Shown: piece after piece, positions 39,010-51,909 of the stretch | How the letters are laid out: each line of letters starts with the position of its first letter | How positions within the stretch are numbered: the stretch's first letter is position 1 | From: Pristiophorus japonicus | Taxonomy: Eukaryota | Assembly: GCF_044704955.1 (NCBI RefSeq) | Contig: NC_091987.1 | Span: forward strand, 68,820,001 to 68,884,000 | Reading direction: 5' to 3' | DNA length: 64,000 bases | Program-made: the position numbers and the translations under genes | The notes under the pieces: model-generated | What the model was told of the DNA's origin: nothing | The model's input: the letters and a program-made list of their open reading frames with translations, nothing else | Databases searched by the model: none

Positions 39010-39660
39010 AAGAGGAAATAGCGACGGTACGTTCCAATTCCAAAAGAACAGCAAGGAGTGACATCACAGGACTGCAGTTAGGTGATTGGTTGTTGAGTAC
39101 TACAGTTTTTTTTAGTCTCTAAGCTATCTAAGAAACTGTAAAACATTATCATTTTAAATTACTATAACTTTATTTTATTAAATTAGTAACTAAACTAGAT
39201 AAACCAATTAATTAATAAAACAAAAATAATTGATAAAAAATAATTAACTAATCAAATAAATAAAGGTTAGATAGACATGGCAGGGCAGGTGGTGTGCCAT
39301 AACTGCAGCATGTGGTAGTTTGTGGAGAGCATCGCGATCCCGAACAACCATATCTGCAGTAAGTGTCTGCAGCTCGAGGAACTTCAGCTCAGAGTTGTTG
39401 AGCTGGAGTACAAGGTGCAGACATTTTGGGGCATCGGCGGGGAGAGAGTTACCTGGACACTTTGTTCCAGGAGGCAGTCACACCCTTTAGTTTAAGTAAT
39501 AACCTTTAGGTTAAGTTTAGGTTAAGTTCGTCAATGGTCAGGGACAGGAGGGTGTGACTGTGAGTGAGGCAGGTATGGGACCCAGGATGTAGTGATAGAG
39601 GAGCCTCAACCGTTGATCTTGTCCAACAGGTATGAAATACTTGCTGCCTGTATGGATAAG
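39010..39660 (+). mobile_element. CR1 5' UTR and ORF1 N-terminal fragment
   Basis: From ATG 39278: MAGQVVCHNCSMW*..HICSKCLQLEELQLRVVELE (zinc finger + leucine zipper), later LSNRYEIL; disrupted. Confidence 0.7.
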
Positions 39661-40279
39661 GAAATTGCCTACCGCTCTTGAAGTGTACCGGCCGCCCCAA
39701 TGCATGGGGTGGCAAATCCGGAGAAATTCAGCTTTTTGGCTGATGTTTCCGGTCAGAGCGGTGTTGCCATGGGGAGAGCGGCGGAAGTGCGGCCGCGTCA
39801 GAGTAGCTGCCACCAGCGGGGCATAAGTGGGGGCAGGTCGGAGTTGCTGTCGCTCAAAGTCATCAGCGTTGCACAGATGACGTTATCGCACTGGCGCATC
39901 ACAACGTCCCTCCCCTTCAGTTAAAGGGGAAGGCCGCTGCAAACTCTGCAGCCACTTTAGTGGCAAACACTGAGCCACCAGGGAGGGTATAGTTGTCGGC
40001 CTGACCTAGTATTTTTTGACAAAAAAAACCCATGGAGTTGCTGGCAGCACCTCCCCCCATTTAAGGGCAGCTGTGCTGTCCAGCCACAGAAAGGGTACCA
40101 ACAGCTGAAGCTGTCAGTGGCACCAACCGGCGGGGCAATTTTCAAAAGGGGCAATTTCCTGCGAGGCAATTTCGGGAAGGGGTTGCCCTTACACCATTCC
40201 AAAACTAAGAAAGGGAAATGGCGGCCCCTCCACTTTCAGGCGACCACATGCCTTATAAAAAGGGACAATTTCGATCCCC
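39661..40279. mobile_element. Harbinger-type MITE related to 371-2290
   Basis: Residual TIRs GAAATTGCC / GGGACAATTTCGATCCC; subterminal aaatggcggcccctcc and ggggcaatttcc.gcgaggc motifs shared with 2050-2290. Confidence 0.6.
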
Positions 40280-41432
40280 AATAGTCTCCCCGTATATTGA
40301 TGGGACAAGCCAACTGGTGGACCCCTGAAATCTTCTCGCAGACCCTTAGGGGGCCATGAATCCCCAGTTGAGAACTGCTGCCCAAGATCATATTCTTAAT
40401 GTTTCCTGATCCCAGAATTACCCCAGTGCTCCAAGAACCTAAAACCTTAATGCGCCCATATCTTAGGATCACTCTCCCAGTGTTCCTAAAACCTCCCTCT
40501 CCAGTATTGTGAAACCCTGGGATCCCCGGCTTCACAAGATGCTGCACTCTGAGAACCCTTTCCGATACTGGCAGGTCCTACACCAACCCCTTCCCAGCGT
40601 TCCCAGGTTCACCCCGATGATGATAAGTCATGGGCCCTGACATTCCGGGCCCTGACACTGTGTGATATCTTCTAAGTTAAAAATAAACACAAAGTGTCAT
40701 TGCTACTTGATTTTTTTTTCAGATTGGATGTACCGCTTTAAAAGTTGTGGTAGGATGCCACCTAGTGTACAAAATCTGCATTCCTCAATGCTTGATAAAC
40801 ACAGGCTCATGCTGATCTGAGCAATGTGTTTCCCAAGTTATCCAATTATTCAATCACATTCCTTTACTCCAGTTATATGAAATTCTTGCTTAAGGCATAA
40901 TGCATAAGGATATTATGATATTAATTTTTCTCGTGCCCCGTATAAGCAAAGTTGTCAACCTGTGATCCAATTACACAGGATTACATTCTGTTTTATGCTG
41001 TAAAGGAGGCAAATTAATTTTCATTCAGACTCACAGGCAAACTCAAATTATATTGTATGAGATAAATCAATTTGACAGGATGTTTTTAAACAGACGTTAC
41101 TGCCAGTTGAGCATGCCTGGAACGTTTGAGGTATGCACTAGTTATTTCTGTGGGGGTTCTCGCGACCATCCATTGTAACTTTGCCTATTCTCTACAATTT
41201 TCACAGATCTACGGATTACAATGGGGAGAACCTCCATGGAAATGGTGTTTATGTGACTCTGTGGAGACCAATATAATTGATCTGAACTTGGCAAATAAAC
41301 CTACATGGACTGGCTTCTGGCTCATGTTTATTGGTACACATTTCTGAAGAGATCGCAAAGTTGCTGTTTAAAGAATGGACTCAGTCAAGAATATTTCATG
41401 GATTTTATGGGTTTTTCTGAGGGTATTTTCCC

Positions 41433-42454
41433 TGTGATGGGATCACCCTGTGCAGATATGTGAAAAAGCTGGTTTTGTTAAAACCCCAGAGAGCGCATGG
41501 CAGTTAGCTATGACAAAAGAACTGTCAGTCATCCAGAACGGGTTTGCCCACCAGTCACAGCTAAAGGAAGGGGGCCACGAATATTGACAAAAGAGCTGTC
41601 GGCCAGGAAGGGGAAAGGGGGGGGGGCGGGCATTGACAACGCCACTCTAATATGCAAAAGCACTTCTCACCCTCATCTCAGAAGGAGAAACAGAACAATG
41701 AACCCACTAGCCTGGCCAGCCAAGGAGGAGCCGGGTCTTTCCCAACACAAAGACTGAGAGAAAGGCCCAGATTAAGGGCCATCAGCCCAATGCATGAGTT
41801 GGATGGCCCATCACTGACTAAGTACCCGTGCTTAGAAACAAAGGGATTTTAAAGATTGGCGGGAAAGACAGGAGTAGCAAAACTCCCATAAAGACAGGGT
41901 CTTTTCCACTTTATTTTTAGCTTAGCGTGAAGCTTGGAGCTTGCAGCTTGCAGCCTGTATCTAGAGAGAGCTCTCTCTCTCTCTCGCTCTCACGCCAAGG
42001 AGGAAGCCGCAGTTCTGCAGGACAAGAGTGATCGAGACCGGCTGCGTGTGGTGGTGAGCATGATCGTGAGTGTCCCAAGCTGGATAAGGGCTCAGGGTTT
42101 TCTCAGAAGTGAAGCTTTTCAGGGATATTCTGGGGAGGGTAATTCATTGATAGGGGTGAAGTATGAATCTACCAGGGAATTACTGCATGTTACTAGGTCT
42201 CATTTCTATACTGTATGTATGTTGTTTGTAACCTGGATTTTATTCTCCACAGAGACAGTGATTTTGTTTAGCCGTGCATGTTTTAGCCAGTGTATGTTAG
42301 ACCAAATAAATATAAATACGATTTTTCACCGAAGCATTCCGTGACTCATTTCATTTACACTCTGAATAATAATTCCCGTGTCTAGAACTTTCGTAAGATG
42401 GGGGCAATTCGAATCGTCCGTCGAGCAATTAGGCGAGTATCAAAACTGCTTACA
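41433..42454 (+). mobile_element. Probable solo LTR
   Basis: TGT..ACA-bounded ~1 kb with TATA-like CATAAA (~41887), CT tract and AATAAA (~42305); no convincing TSD, left end uncertain. Confidence 0.4.
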
Positions 42455-43010
42455 TTTCTTATCATAAGATTCTGAAGTATACTAATGCACATGTTGTGTA
42501 TTTGCAGCAGTTCTGTTTTTGTTATTTCAGTTTTCCAGGATTTACAGGTTTAGTATTCATTACTTTGTGATACCTGATTGTAATATTTAATGTTTTGAGA
42601 GTTGTTGGTTACACAGAGCTTTTGGCTTAGATCGTTACCGCCCATATATGGGCAATATTTCCAGCGGTCGTGGTTGCCCCACCTTTATGAATGCCGGAAT
42701 AGCGCCCATTTTAAAAACCATTAGTTCCGCCTTTTTAATTTGGGCGATAGCGGTAGCGATCTGAAGTGTGCGGTAGTGATCTATTCAGTCATGCAAGGCA
42801 GGCGTCCCTAGTAATGGCCGTTCTGCGCACGCGCGATTTTTTTTTCCAGCACTTAACTTTTCCCGAGATTCGGGAGGTCAGGGGTCATGTGTGCAAGGCA
42901 AAGGGAGGGAGAGAGCGCGAGACACTAGCTTTGCAGCCAGATCAAGCGTAGGTCGATTCTTCGAGGCTTCAAACTTTAAATTGAATTATTAGACATCCCA
43001 ACATTAAAAT

Positions 43011-43289
43011 ATGAACATTGAGGAAGTTGTTAAGAGTGATGTGGGTGAGGTGGTTGAGGTTGGAGGGAGAAAAAGGACCAAGAGATTTTTGGATGAGGCC
43101 ATCGCAGCCTTGGTCCTTGAGGTGGCGACGCAATGGAGCCAATTGACCCAGGGTGGGGACGGGTGTGGGAACCCCCCCACCGAGTGTATACCAACGCATA
43201 TCGCCAAGGTGGTGTCATCGGCGGTGCTCGATTATTGTGAGCCGAGCCAGTGCCGCAAGCGCTGGAACAACCTGGTTGCGTCTGCTAGA
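43011..43289 (+). mobile_element. Myb/SANT-like DNA-binding exon of a Harbinger transposon ORF2
   Basis: GRKRTKRFLDEAIAALVLEV..IAKVVSS..SQCRKRWNNLVASAR followed by donor GTAAGT; GC-rich transposon-like leader at 42624-43010. Confidence 0.72.
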
Positions 43290-43799
43290 GTAAGTACTAA
43301 CTTTAATAACTTTAATCATGCACTGACTCGTTACTTAAAATGTAAATCTGCCAGATTGTAATTAAGCTGGGTAATCTTGGTGTCATGCATTACGCCCCCA
43401 CACTCCTGCCATTGGCTGCCTGACACGTCCATCCTCCCGTCCCACACCAATTAGAGCTAATTCATTGACTTGTCTTGGCTATCTGATACCCCAATCATTT
43501 CTCACAGCAGCATGGAGGCTTACTATTTCAGAGAACAGCGCGAGCTGGTGCAGGAGGGTGACGGCAGCAAAGAGTGACGTCTTCAAGGTCCAGGTTGGTG
43601 ATTGGAGCGTGAGCAGATACAGCAGGAGCGGCGAGAGACTGTGGCGGGATGTGATCAAGGCCAGGGGCACTGCGATATTTGTGCGCACTAGGTCCGTGCA
43701 GCAGAGCAGGTCTCCAATCATCTTGGATAACCCTTGCCACTGGACCAAGGCTTAGCTCTGTCAAGCCCGCGTGGTGACTGGTGTGCAACAGCCACCACA

Positions 43800-45053
43800 C
43801 TATTGGGCTAACCTAACTGGTAGAAATGCGGTGGAGGAGGATTTCCTGGAGTGTATTAGGTATGGTTTTCCAGACCAATATATCGAGGAACCAACCAGAG
43901 AGCTGGCCATCCTGGACTGGGTGATGTGTAATGAGAAGGGACTAATTAGCAATCTTGTTGTGCGAAGCCCCTTGGGGAAGAGTGACCATAATATGGTAGA
44001 ATTCTTTATTAAGGTGGAGAGTGACAAAGTTAATTCAGAAACTAGGGTCCTGAACTGAAGTAAAGGTAACTTTGATGGTATGAGGCGCGAATTGGCTAGA
44101 TTAGACTGGCAAATGAAACTTAAAGGGTTGACGGTGGATAGACAATGGCAAACCTTTAAAGATCATATGGACGAACTTCAACAATTGTACATCCCTGTCT
44201 GGAGTAAAAATAAAACAGGGAAGGTGGCTCAACTGTGGCTAACGAGGGAAATTAAGGATAGTGTTAAATCCAAGGAAGAGGCATATAAATTAGCCAAAAA
44301 AAGCAGCAAACCGGAGGACTGGGAGAAATTTAGAATACAGCAAAGGGTTTAATTAAGAGGGGGAAAATAGAGTACGAGAGGAAGCTTGCCGGAAACATAA
44401 AAAATGACTGCAAAAGCTTCGATAGATATGTGAAGAGGAAAAGATTAGGAAAGACAAACATAGGGCCCTTGCAGTCGGATTCGGGTAAAGTTATAATGGG
44501 GAACAAAGAAATGGCAGACCAATTGAACAAGTACTTTGGTTCGGTATTCACAAAGGAAGACACAAATAACCTTCCGGATGTACTAAGGTCTAGTGAGAAG
44601 GAGGACCTGAAGGATATCCTTATTAGGCGGGAAATTGTGTTAGGGAAATTGACGGGATTGAAGGCCGATAAATCCCCAGGGCCTGATAGTCTACATTCCA
44701 GAGTACTTAAGGAAGTGGCCCTAGAAATAGTGGATGCATTGGTGATCATTTTCCAACAGTCGATCGACTCTGGATCAGTTCCTATGGACTGGAGGGTTGC
44801 TAATGTAACACCACTTTTTAAAAAAGGAGGGAGAGAAAATGGGTAATTATAGACCGGTTAGCCTGACATCAGTGATGGGGAAAATGTTGGAATCAATCAT
44901 TAAGGATGAAATAGCAGCGCATTTGGAAAGCAGTAATAGGATTGGTCCAAGTCAGCATGGATTTATGAAGGGGAAATCACGCTTGACAAATCTTCTGGAA
45001 TTGTTTGAGGATGTAACCAGTAGAGTGGACAGGGGAGAACCAGTGGATGTGGT
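43800..45053 (+). mobile_element. CR1 ORF2 internal fragment (endonuclease end to RT start), no 3' tail
   Basis: EPTR..ILD, LGKSDHNMV, KSPGPD, NYRPVSLTS, QHGF. Confidence 0.92.
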
Positions 45054-46272
45054 GATATTACATTCAATTCCTTTGTCTAAATCATTAATGTATATTGTAA
45101 ATAGCTGGAGTCCCAGCACTGAACCTTGCGGTACCCAACTAGTCACTGCCTGCCATTCTGAAAAGGACCCGTTTATTCCTACTCTTTGCTTCCTGTTTGC
45201 CAACCAGTTCTCTATCCACGTCAATACATTACCCCCAATATGATGTGCTTTGATTTTGCACACTAATCTCTTGTGTGGGACCTTGTCAAAAGCCTATTGA
45301 AAGTCGAAATATACCACATCCACTGGCTGTCCCTTGCCCACACTACTAGTTACATCCTCAAAAAATTCTAGAAGATTTGTCAAGCATGATTTCCCTTTCA
45401 TAAATCCATGCTGACTTGGACCGATCCTGTCGCTGCTTTCCAAATGCGTTGCTATTACATCTTTAATAACCGATTCCAACATTTTCCCCACTACCAATGT
45501 CAGGCTAACCGGTTTATAATTCCCCGCTTTCTCTCACCCTCCTTTTTTAAAAAGTGGGGTTACATTAGCTACCTTCCAGTCGATAGGAACTGATCCAGAG
45601 TCTATAGAATGTTGGAAAATGACCACCAATGCATCCACTATTTCTAGGGCTACTTCCTTTAGTACTCTGGGATGCAGACTATCAGGCCCTGGGGATTTAT
45701 CAGCCTTTAATCCCATCAATTTCCCTAACACAATTTCCTGACTAATAAGGACTTCCTTCAGTTCCTCCTCCTTGCTAGACCCTCGGTTCCCTAGTATTTT
45801 TGAAGGTTATTTTAGTTTTCCTTAGTGAGGACAGAACCAAAAGTATTTGTTCAATTAGTCTGCCATTTCTTTGTTCCCCATTATAAATTCACCTGATTCT
45901 GACTGCAAGGGACCTACATTTGTCTTCACTAATCTTTTTCTCTTCGCATATCTATAGAAGCTTTTGAAGTCAGTTTTTATGTTCCCTGCAAGCTTACTCT
46001 CATACTCTATTTTCCCCTTCCTAGTTAAACCCTTGTCCTCCTCTGCTGAATTCTAAATTTCTCCCAGTCCTCAGGTTTGCTGCTTTTTCTGGCCAATTTA
46101 TATGCCTCTTTCTTGAATTTAACACTATCCCTAATTTCCCTTGTTAGCCACGGTTGAGCCACCTTCCCCCGTTTTATTTTTACGCCAGACAGGGATGTAC
46201 AATTGTTGAATTTCATCCATGTGATCTTTAAATGTCTGCCATTGCCTATCCACCATCAACCCTTTAAGTATT
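45054..46272 (-). mobile_element. CR1 ORF2 internal fragment, inverted and fused to the previous copy
   Basis: KSPGPD, QHGF, DFQ..FDKVPH, PQGSVLG on the minus strand; ends abruptly at ECNI. Confidence 0.92.
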
Positions 46273-47391
46273 ATTAAGTACCAGGCCATGACACAGGCCT
46301 AGATCCCCAGGTGAGCACAACTTGTGATATTGGACGAGCTGGAACGCCTGCTCCAAGCCAAGTGTACTGGCCTGCCAATGTTCTCACGAGGCCAGGGAAA
46401 TGTGTACTCCTGTATGGGAGTCCCTGTCCCCGACCACTCCCACTCTTACACCGCAAGCCTTGTTGGTGGTGAGCAGAGGCTCTGCCCCCAGAAAGGCTCT
46501 GTAGAAACGGCCATGTCTGGGTCCTGGTCCTCAGAGCAGAGTTTGGATCTCGGCCAAAGTTACTGTGGAGTGCGCCCAAACAGCCATGGATTTTTGGCAC
46601 CAATGTTTGCAAAAGCTTCCTAGACCGGCACCATTATTTCTGCAATATAATTTTCAACATATAGTATATATACTGCAAGGAAACTATTGTTTTATAAACA
46701 ATACTTTATTCCACAAGAACCAGTTTACAAAGGAGAATAGTTTCATTACATAGCAACTTTTCATGTTACGAAGCAATCTGAGGAACTTGCAGTCCGCACG
46801 TTATTTTTAAATTACCAGCAGGAGTAACATTACAATTGAAATGTTAATGTGTGAGTGCTTTGATTAAATATTAATGAAGTATACATTTGCAAAATAAAGA
46901 TGCAAACACAGCACCTATACAGCAGCTTTTTGTATATAATACCATTGATGACCTCAGTGAATCAAAGCAGAAGCATGAGTGCAATGAACATTAAAAGCAG
47001 GAACAGGGGGACTTCTTTTTTCTTTTGCTCAGCCTATGTTTCATATTTATCTCTGTTGCTGGCCAGATGAAGTCACACTAAAGCTCAGTATATTTTAAAC
47101 TGTCTAGCTCACTACTGAATAATGTCCTGAATTCTTCCACAGGCAAAACAGTTATTCATATGATTCACACTCCTCACAATTAGTTCATTGATTGAGGGAA
47201 AAGATACACAATGTAATCCTTGTAGTGGTGTGGCTAAGCTACCTGCTTTGTAGGCCTGTGGTTATGAATTTAAGTCATGACACTGTCTGATGACTTCTGT
47301 AACCAGTCATGAAGAGCTTTATTTGAAGTTGACTAGTCTGCTACATGGGTTATCTCACTGCTGCTCTGTAGCAGACAGTGGGAGGAGAGTA

Positions 47392-50330
47392 AAGAAAGAA
47401 GAAAGAAAGACTTACATTTATATAGCGTCTTTCACGATCACTGGATGTCTCAAGGTGCTTACATAAGAACATAAGAAATAAGCCACCTGGCCCCTCAAGC
47501 CTGCTCCACCATTTAATAAGATTATGGCTGATCTGATCATGAACTCAGCTCCACTTCCCTGTCCGCTCTCCATAACCCTTTATTCCCTTATCGCTCAAAA
47601 ATCTGTCTATCTCCACCTTAAATATATTCAATGGCCCAGCCTCCACAGCTCTCAGGGGCAGAGAATTCCATAGATTTACAACCCTCTGAGAAGAAATTCC
47701 TCCTCATCTCAGTTTTAAATGGGCAGCCTCTTATTCTGAGATTATGTCCCCTCGTTTTAGTTTCCTTTATGAGTGGAAATATCCTCTCTGCATCCACCTT
47801 GTCGAGCCCCCTCATTATCTTATATGTTTTGATAAGATCACATCTCATTCTTCTGAACTCCAATATTTATAGGCCCAATTTACTCAACCTATCTTCATAA
47901 GTCAACCCCATCATCTCCGGAATCAACCTTGTGAACCTTCTCTGAACAGCCTCCAATGAAAGTATATCCTTCCTTAAATACGGAGACCAAAACTGTACAC
48001 AATACTCGAGGTGTGGCCTCACCAATACCCTGTACAGTTGCAGCAGGACTTCTCTGCTTTTATACTCCATTCCCCTTGCAATAAAGGCCAACATTTCATT
48101 TGTCTTCCTGATTACTTGCTGTACCCGCAAATTAACTTTTTGTGTTTCATGCACAAGGACACCCAGGTCCCTCTGTACTGCAGCACTTTGCAATTTTTCT
48201 CCATTTAAATTATAATTTGCTTTTCTGTTTTTTCTGCCAAAGTGGATAACCTCACATTTTTCCACATTATACTCCATCTGCCAAATTTTTGTCCACTCAC
48301 TTAGCCTGTCTATATCCCTTTGCAGATTTTTTGTGTCCTCCTCACAATTTGCTTTCCTACCCATCTTTGTATCATTAGCAAACTTGGCTGCATTACACTT
48401 GGTACCTTCATCCAAGTCATTCATATAGATTGTAAATAATTAAGGACCCAGCACGGATCCCTGCGGCACCCCACTAGTCATTGTTTGCCAACCGGAAAAT
48501 GACCCATTTATCCCGACTATCTGTTTTCTGTTAGTTAGCCAATACCCTATCCTTGCTAATATATTACCCCCAACCCCGTGAACTTTTATCTTGTGCAATA
48601 ACCTTTTATGTGGCACCTTATCGAATGCCTTCTGAAAATCCAAATACACCACATCCAGTGGTTCCCCCTTATCCACTATGCTTGTTACATCCTCAAGAAC
48701 TCTAGCAAATTTGTCAAACGTGATTTCCCTTCATAAAACCATGCTGACTCTGCTTGATTGAATTATGCTTATCCAAATGTCCCGCTACTGCTTCCTTAAT
48801 AATGGACTCCAGCATTTTCGCAACGACAGATGTTAGACTAACTGGTCTATAGTTTCATGCTTTTTGTCTGCCTCCTTTTTTAAATAGGGGCGTTATATTT
48901 GCGGTTTTCCAATCTGCTGGGACCTCCCCAGAATCCAAGGAATTTTGGTAGATTACAACCAATGCATCCACTATCTCTGCAACCACTTCTTTTAAGACCC
49001 TAGGATGCAAGCCATCAGGTCCAGGGGACTAGTCTGCCTTTAGTCCCATTATTTTACCGAGTACTACTTCTTTAGTGATAGTATTAAGTTTCTCCCTCCC
49101 TATTGCCCCTTGATTATCCACTGTTGGGATGTTTTTAGTGTTTTCTACCCGGAAGACCGATACAAAATATTTGTTCAATGTCTCTGCTATTTCCCTGTAC
49201 TCCATTATTAATTCCCCAGTCTCATCCTCTAGGGGACCAACATTTACTTTAGCCACTCTTTTCCTTTTTGTGTACCTGTAGAAACTCTTACTATCTGTTT
49301 TTATATTTTGTGCTAGTTTACTTTCATAGTCTATCTTTCCTTTCTATCATTTTTTTAGTCGTTCTTTGCTGGCTTTCAAGTTTCCCAATCCTCTGGCTTC
49401 CCACTAGTCTTGACCACATTGTACGCCTTTGTTTTCAATTTGATATACTCCCTTATTTCCTTAGTTAGCCATGATGGTTATCCATTCTCTTACAGTCTTT
49501 CCTTCTCATTGGGATATATTTTTGTTGCGAGTTATGAAATATCTCCTTCCATACTTTAATCTATTTTCCCAGTCCACTTTAGCTAACACTGCCCTGATAC
49601 CTTTGTAGTCCCCTTTACTTAAGCTTAGGACACTTGGTTTGAGAACCAACTTTCTCACCCTCCAACTGAATTTGAAATTCAGCATGTTATGGTCACTCAT
49701 TCTTAGAGGATACTTTACTACGAGATCATTTATTAATCCTGTCTTATTACACAGTACCAGATCTAAGATAGCCTGCTCCCTGGTTGGTTCCACAATGTAC
49801 TGTTCAAGAAAACTATCCCGGATACACTCTATGAACTCTTCCTCAAGGCTACCCTGGCCAATTTGCTTTGTCCAATCAATATGAAGGTTGAAATCGCCCA
49901 TGATTAGTGCCGTTTCTTTATTACAGCCAATGAATTACTTTTGGAGTGTAGTCACTGTTGTAATGTGGGAAACGCAGCAGCCAATTTGTGCTCAAGCAAG
50001 CTCCCACAAACAGCAATGTGATAATGACCAGATAATCTGATTTTTTGTTATGTTGATTGAGGGATAAATATTGGCCAGGACACTGGGGATAACTCCCCTG
50101 CTCCTCTTCAAAATAGTGCCATAGGATCTTTTACATCCACTTGATAAACTGAGGCCCTGTCTGCTCTAACGTTTCATTCGAAAGACGGCACCTCCGACAG
50201 TGCAGCACTATGTCAGCATTGCACTGGAGTGTCAGCCTAGATTTTTTTTGTACTCGTTCCTGGAGTGGGATTTACACACATAACCTTCTGACTCAGGCAA
50301 GAGTGCTACCAACTGAGCCACAGCTGACAC
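47392..50330 (-). mobile_element. SacSINE1/Deu-type SINE split by CR1 (pieces 47392-47463 and 49921-50330)
   Basis: gaaagacttacatttatatagcgtctttcac..gtgctt|(t)acagccaatgaattacttttggagtgtagtc rejoins across the CR1; tRNA-like head at ~50260-50330. Confidence 0.8.
47461..49918 (-). mobile_element. CR1 LINE, 5'-truncated
   Basis: MGDFN..SDHN endonuclease end through RT to the (CATAAGAA) tail; frameshifts. Confidence 0.95.
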
Positions 50331-50536
50331 AGAAGAGGTAGAGGAGAGATTAGTGTCTTGCTTGGGAGTAAATTGCCTCAGCACAGATTGTGGTGAAGTG
50401 CTTGCTCCAGCTGCAGAATATATTATGATGGCGAGAGTGCCTGAGAGAAAAAAACGAGGAAAATATTAGCAAGATGTATTTTTAGCTTGTGTTCACCATT
50501 GTCCTGCATGTAACCAGATCATTTCTTTCCTCACAG

Positions 50537-50944
50537 ATAGCAGATTAAAAGTCAACCAAATAAAAAGGAACCTTATAGTAATTGAAAATGACAATATTCA
50601 TTTAAACTGTACCATCACAAATCGAACAAGTCCAGACTCGCAATTCTCTGTACAATGGTATGTTCAGAAATCACTGGAGAAAGAGAACAAACTTATCCTG
50701 AAATCAAACCGTGACTGTGTGTTGGAGTATGGAAACTGGTTAGGAAGAGACAAAAGGAGGGAGAGACTGCAGGCTGCACAACCTTCGCGTGGGCACTACA
50801 CTTTGGTCTTACAAAAAGCCGATATTGATGATAGTGGAAAATACTATTGTTACGTGGAGGAGTGGCTGGTGAACCCCAACAATGTTTGGTATAAAGTTGG
50901 AGAGAACATGTCTGGACTGACCACTGTCACAGTCCAGCCTCCAG
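50537..50944 (+). CDS. EWI-family (IGSF3-like) Ig V-type domain exon, phase 1-1
   Basis: tttctttcctcacag|..|gtattg; 408 bp open. DSRLKVNQ..IHLNCTITNRTSPDSQFSVQWY..DSGKYYCYVEEWLVNPNNVWYK..SGLTTVTVQPP resembles IGSF3 membrane-proximal domains (~6/7). Confidence 0.9.
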
Positions 50945-51909
50945 GTATTGAATCTATCTTTGTTTCTTTCATGTATAGAATAAACTTTCAATTCTTGCAT
51001 GCTTATGAAGAACTCTCTGTGGAGTGGCGGCAAGCTGCCTCATTAGAAGGAGGGGAGGGTAAATCTGAGCACGAGCCATTGCTGGCTGCTCTCATGTACC
51101 TCTCTTGATAACTGCATTGGCAGAGGGCTATGTCCTCCTCTTGGTCAGGGAATGGTACAGAAGTTTAAAAAGAGGTATGACTCGTATTGAAAAGTGAACA
51201 GAGTGGGGACTGAACGACTTGCTCTGTGATATCTGATGATCAGTGTCAACCATCTGAACAAAAGCAACTTCTACTTTTTTTAAAACTCAGGACCAAAAGA
51301 GAGTGATATTTTACAGATTCTCTTCCCTGACAGACCAATCTACCTACCTATATATTAAAGTCTAATTTATTAACATTTTCCAAGGATTCGATGCTCGCAT
51401 TATATGCAATGTAAGTGCATTTGTGATATGCTACAAATTCTGCATTCGACCCTGGTGCTGGCTATCATTTCCATGGCTATAAACTAGAAGATGGAACTGA
51501 TGTGAGCATTTGCCACTTTTGATTTGTTTGACATTTTGCTGACTGGCTCCATGGAATGATTCAGCTTCAAGGTAAGTGCACGAACATCTTTATTTTATAA
51601 GTGTTTCTTAACTCTTTCCTCCCACAAAGCCAGCAATCTAATGTGTAAACTGGTCATGCTGTATATGACGTTAGTGCTGCAGAGAGGGAGGAGAACAAGG
51701 TGGAAACACACAAAAGAAACAAACTCACCCTGCTCTTTACTAAGAGCCTCCCATTACAGCCTCAGCACCAACTCCCCAATAGTTCAGGTGTTAGCGGAAG
51801 AGAATTATCTGGGCTTCAGTTATTGTCACAGTCACAATTTTCTGGCTCCAGCTGTGTCATAGCTGCAGAATCAAAACCCACTTGCATTGCTTCACCAATG
51901 CAAGTTTCA

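Noticed and set aside
44839-45263. Overlapping chimeric RT ORFs on both strands
   Set aside because: Read-through across the inverted CR1 junction, not a gene.
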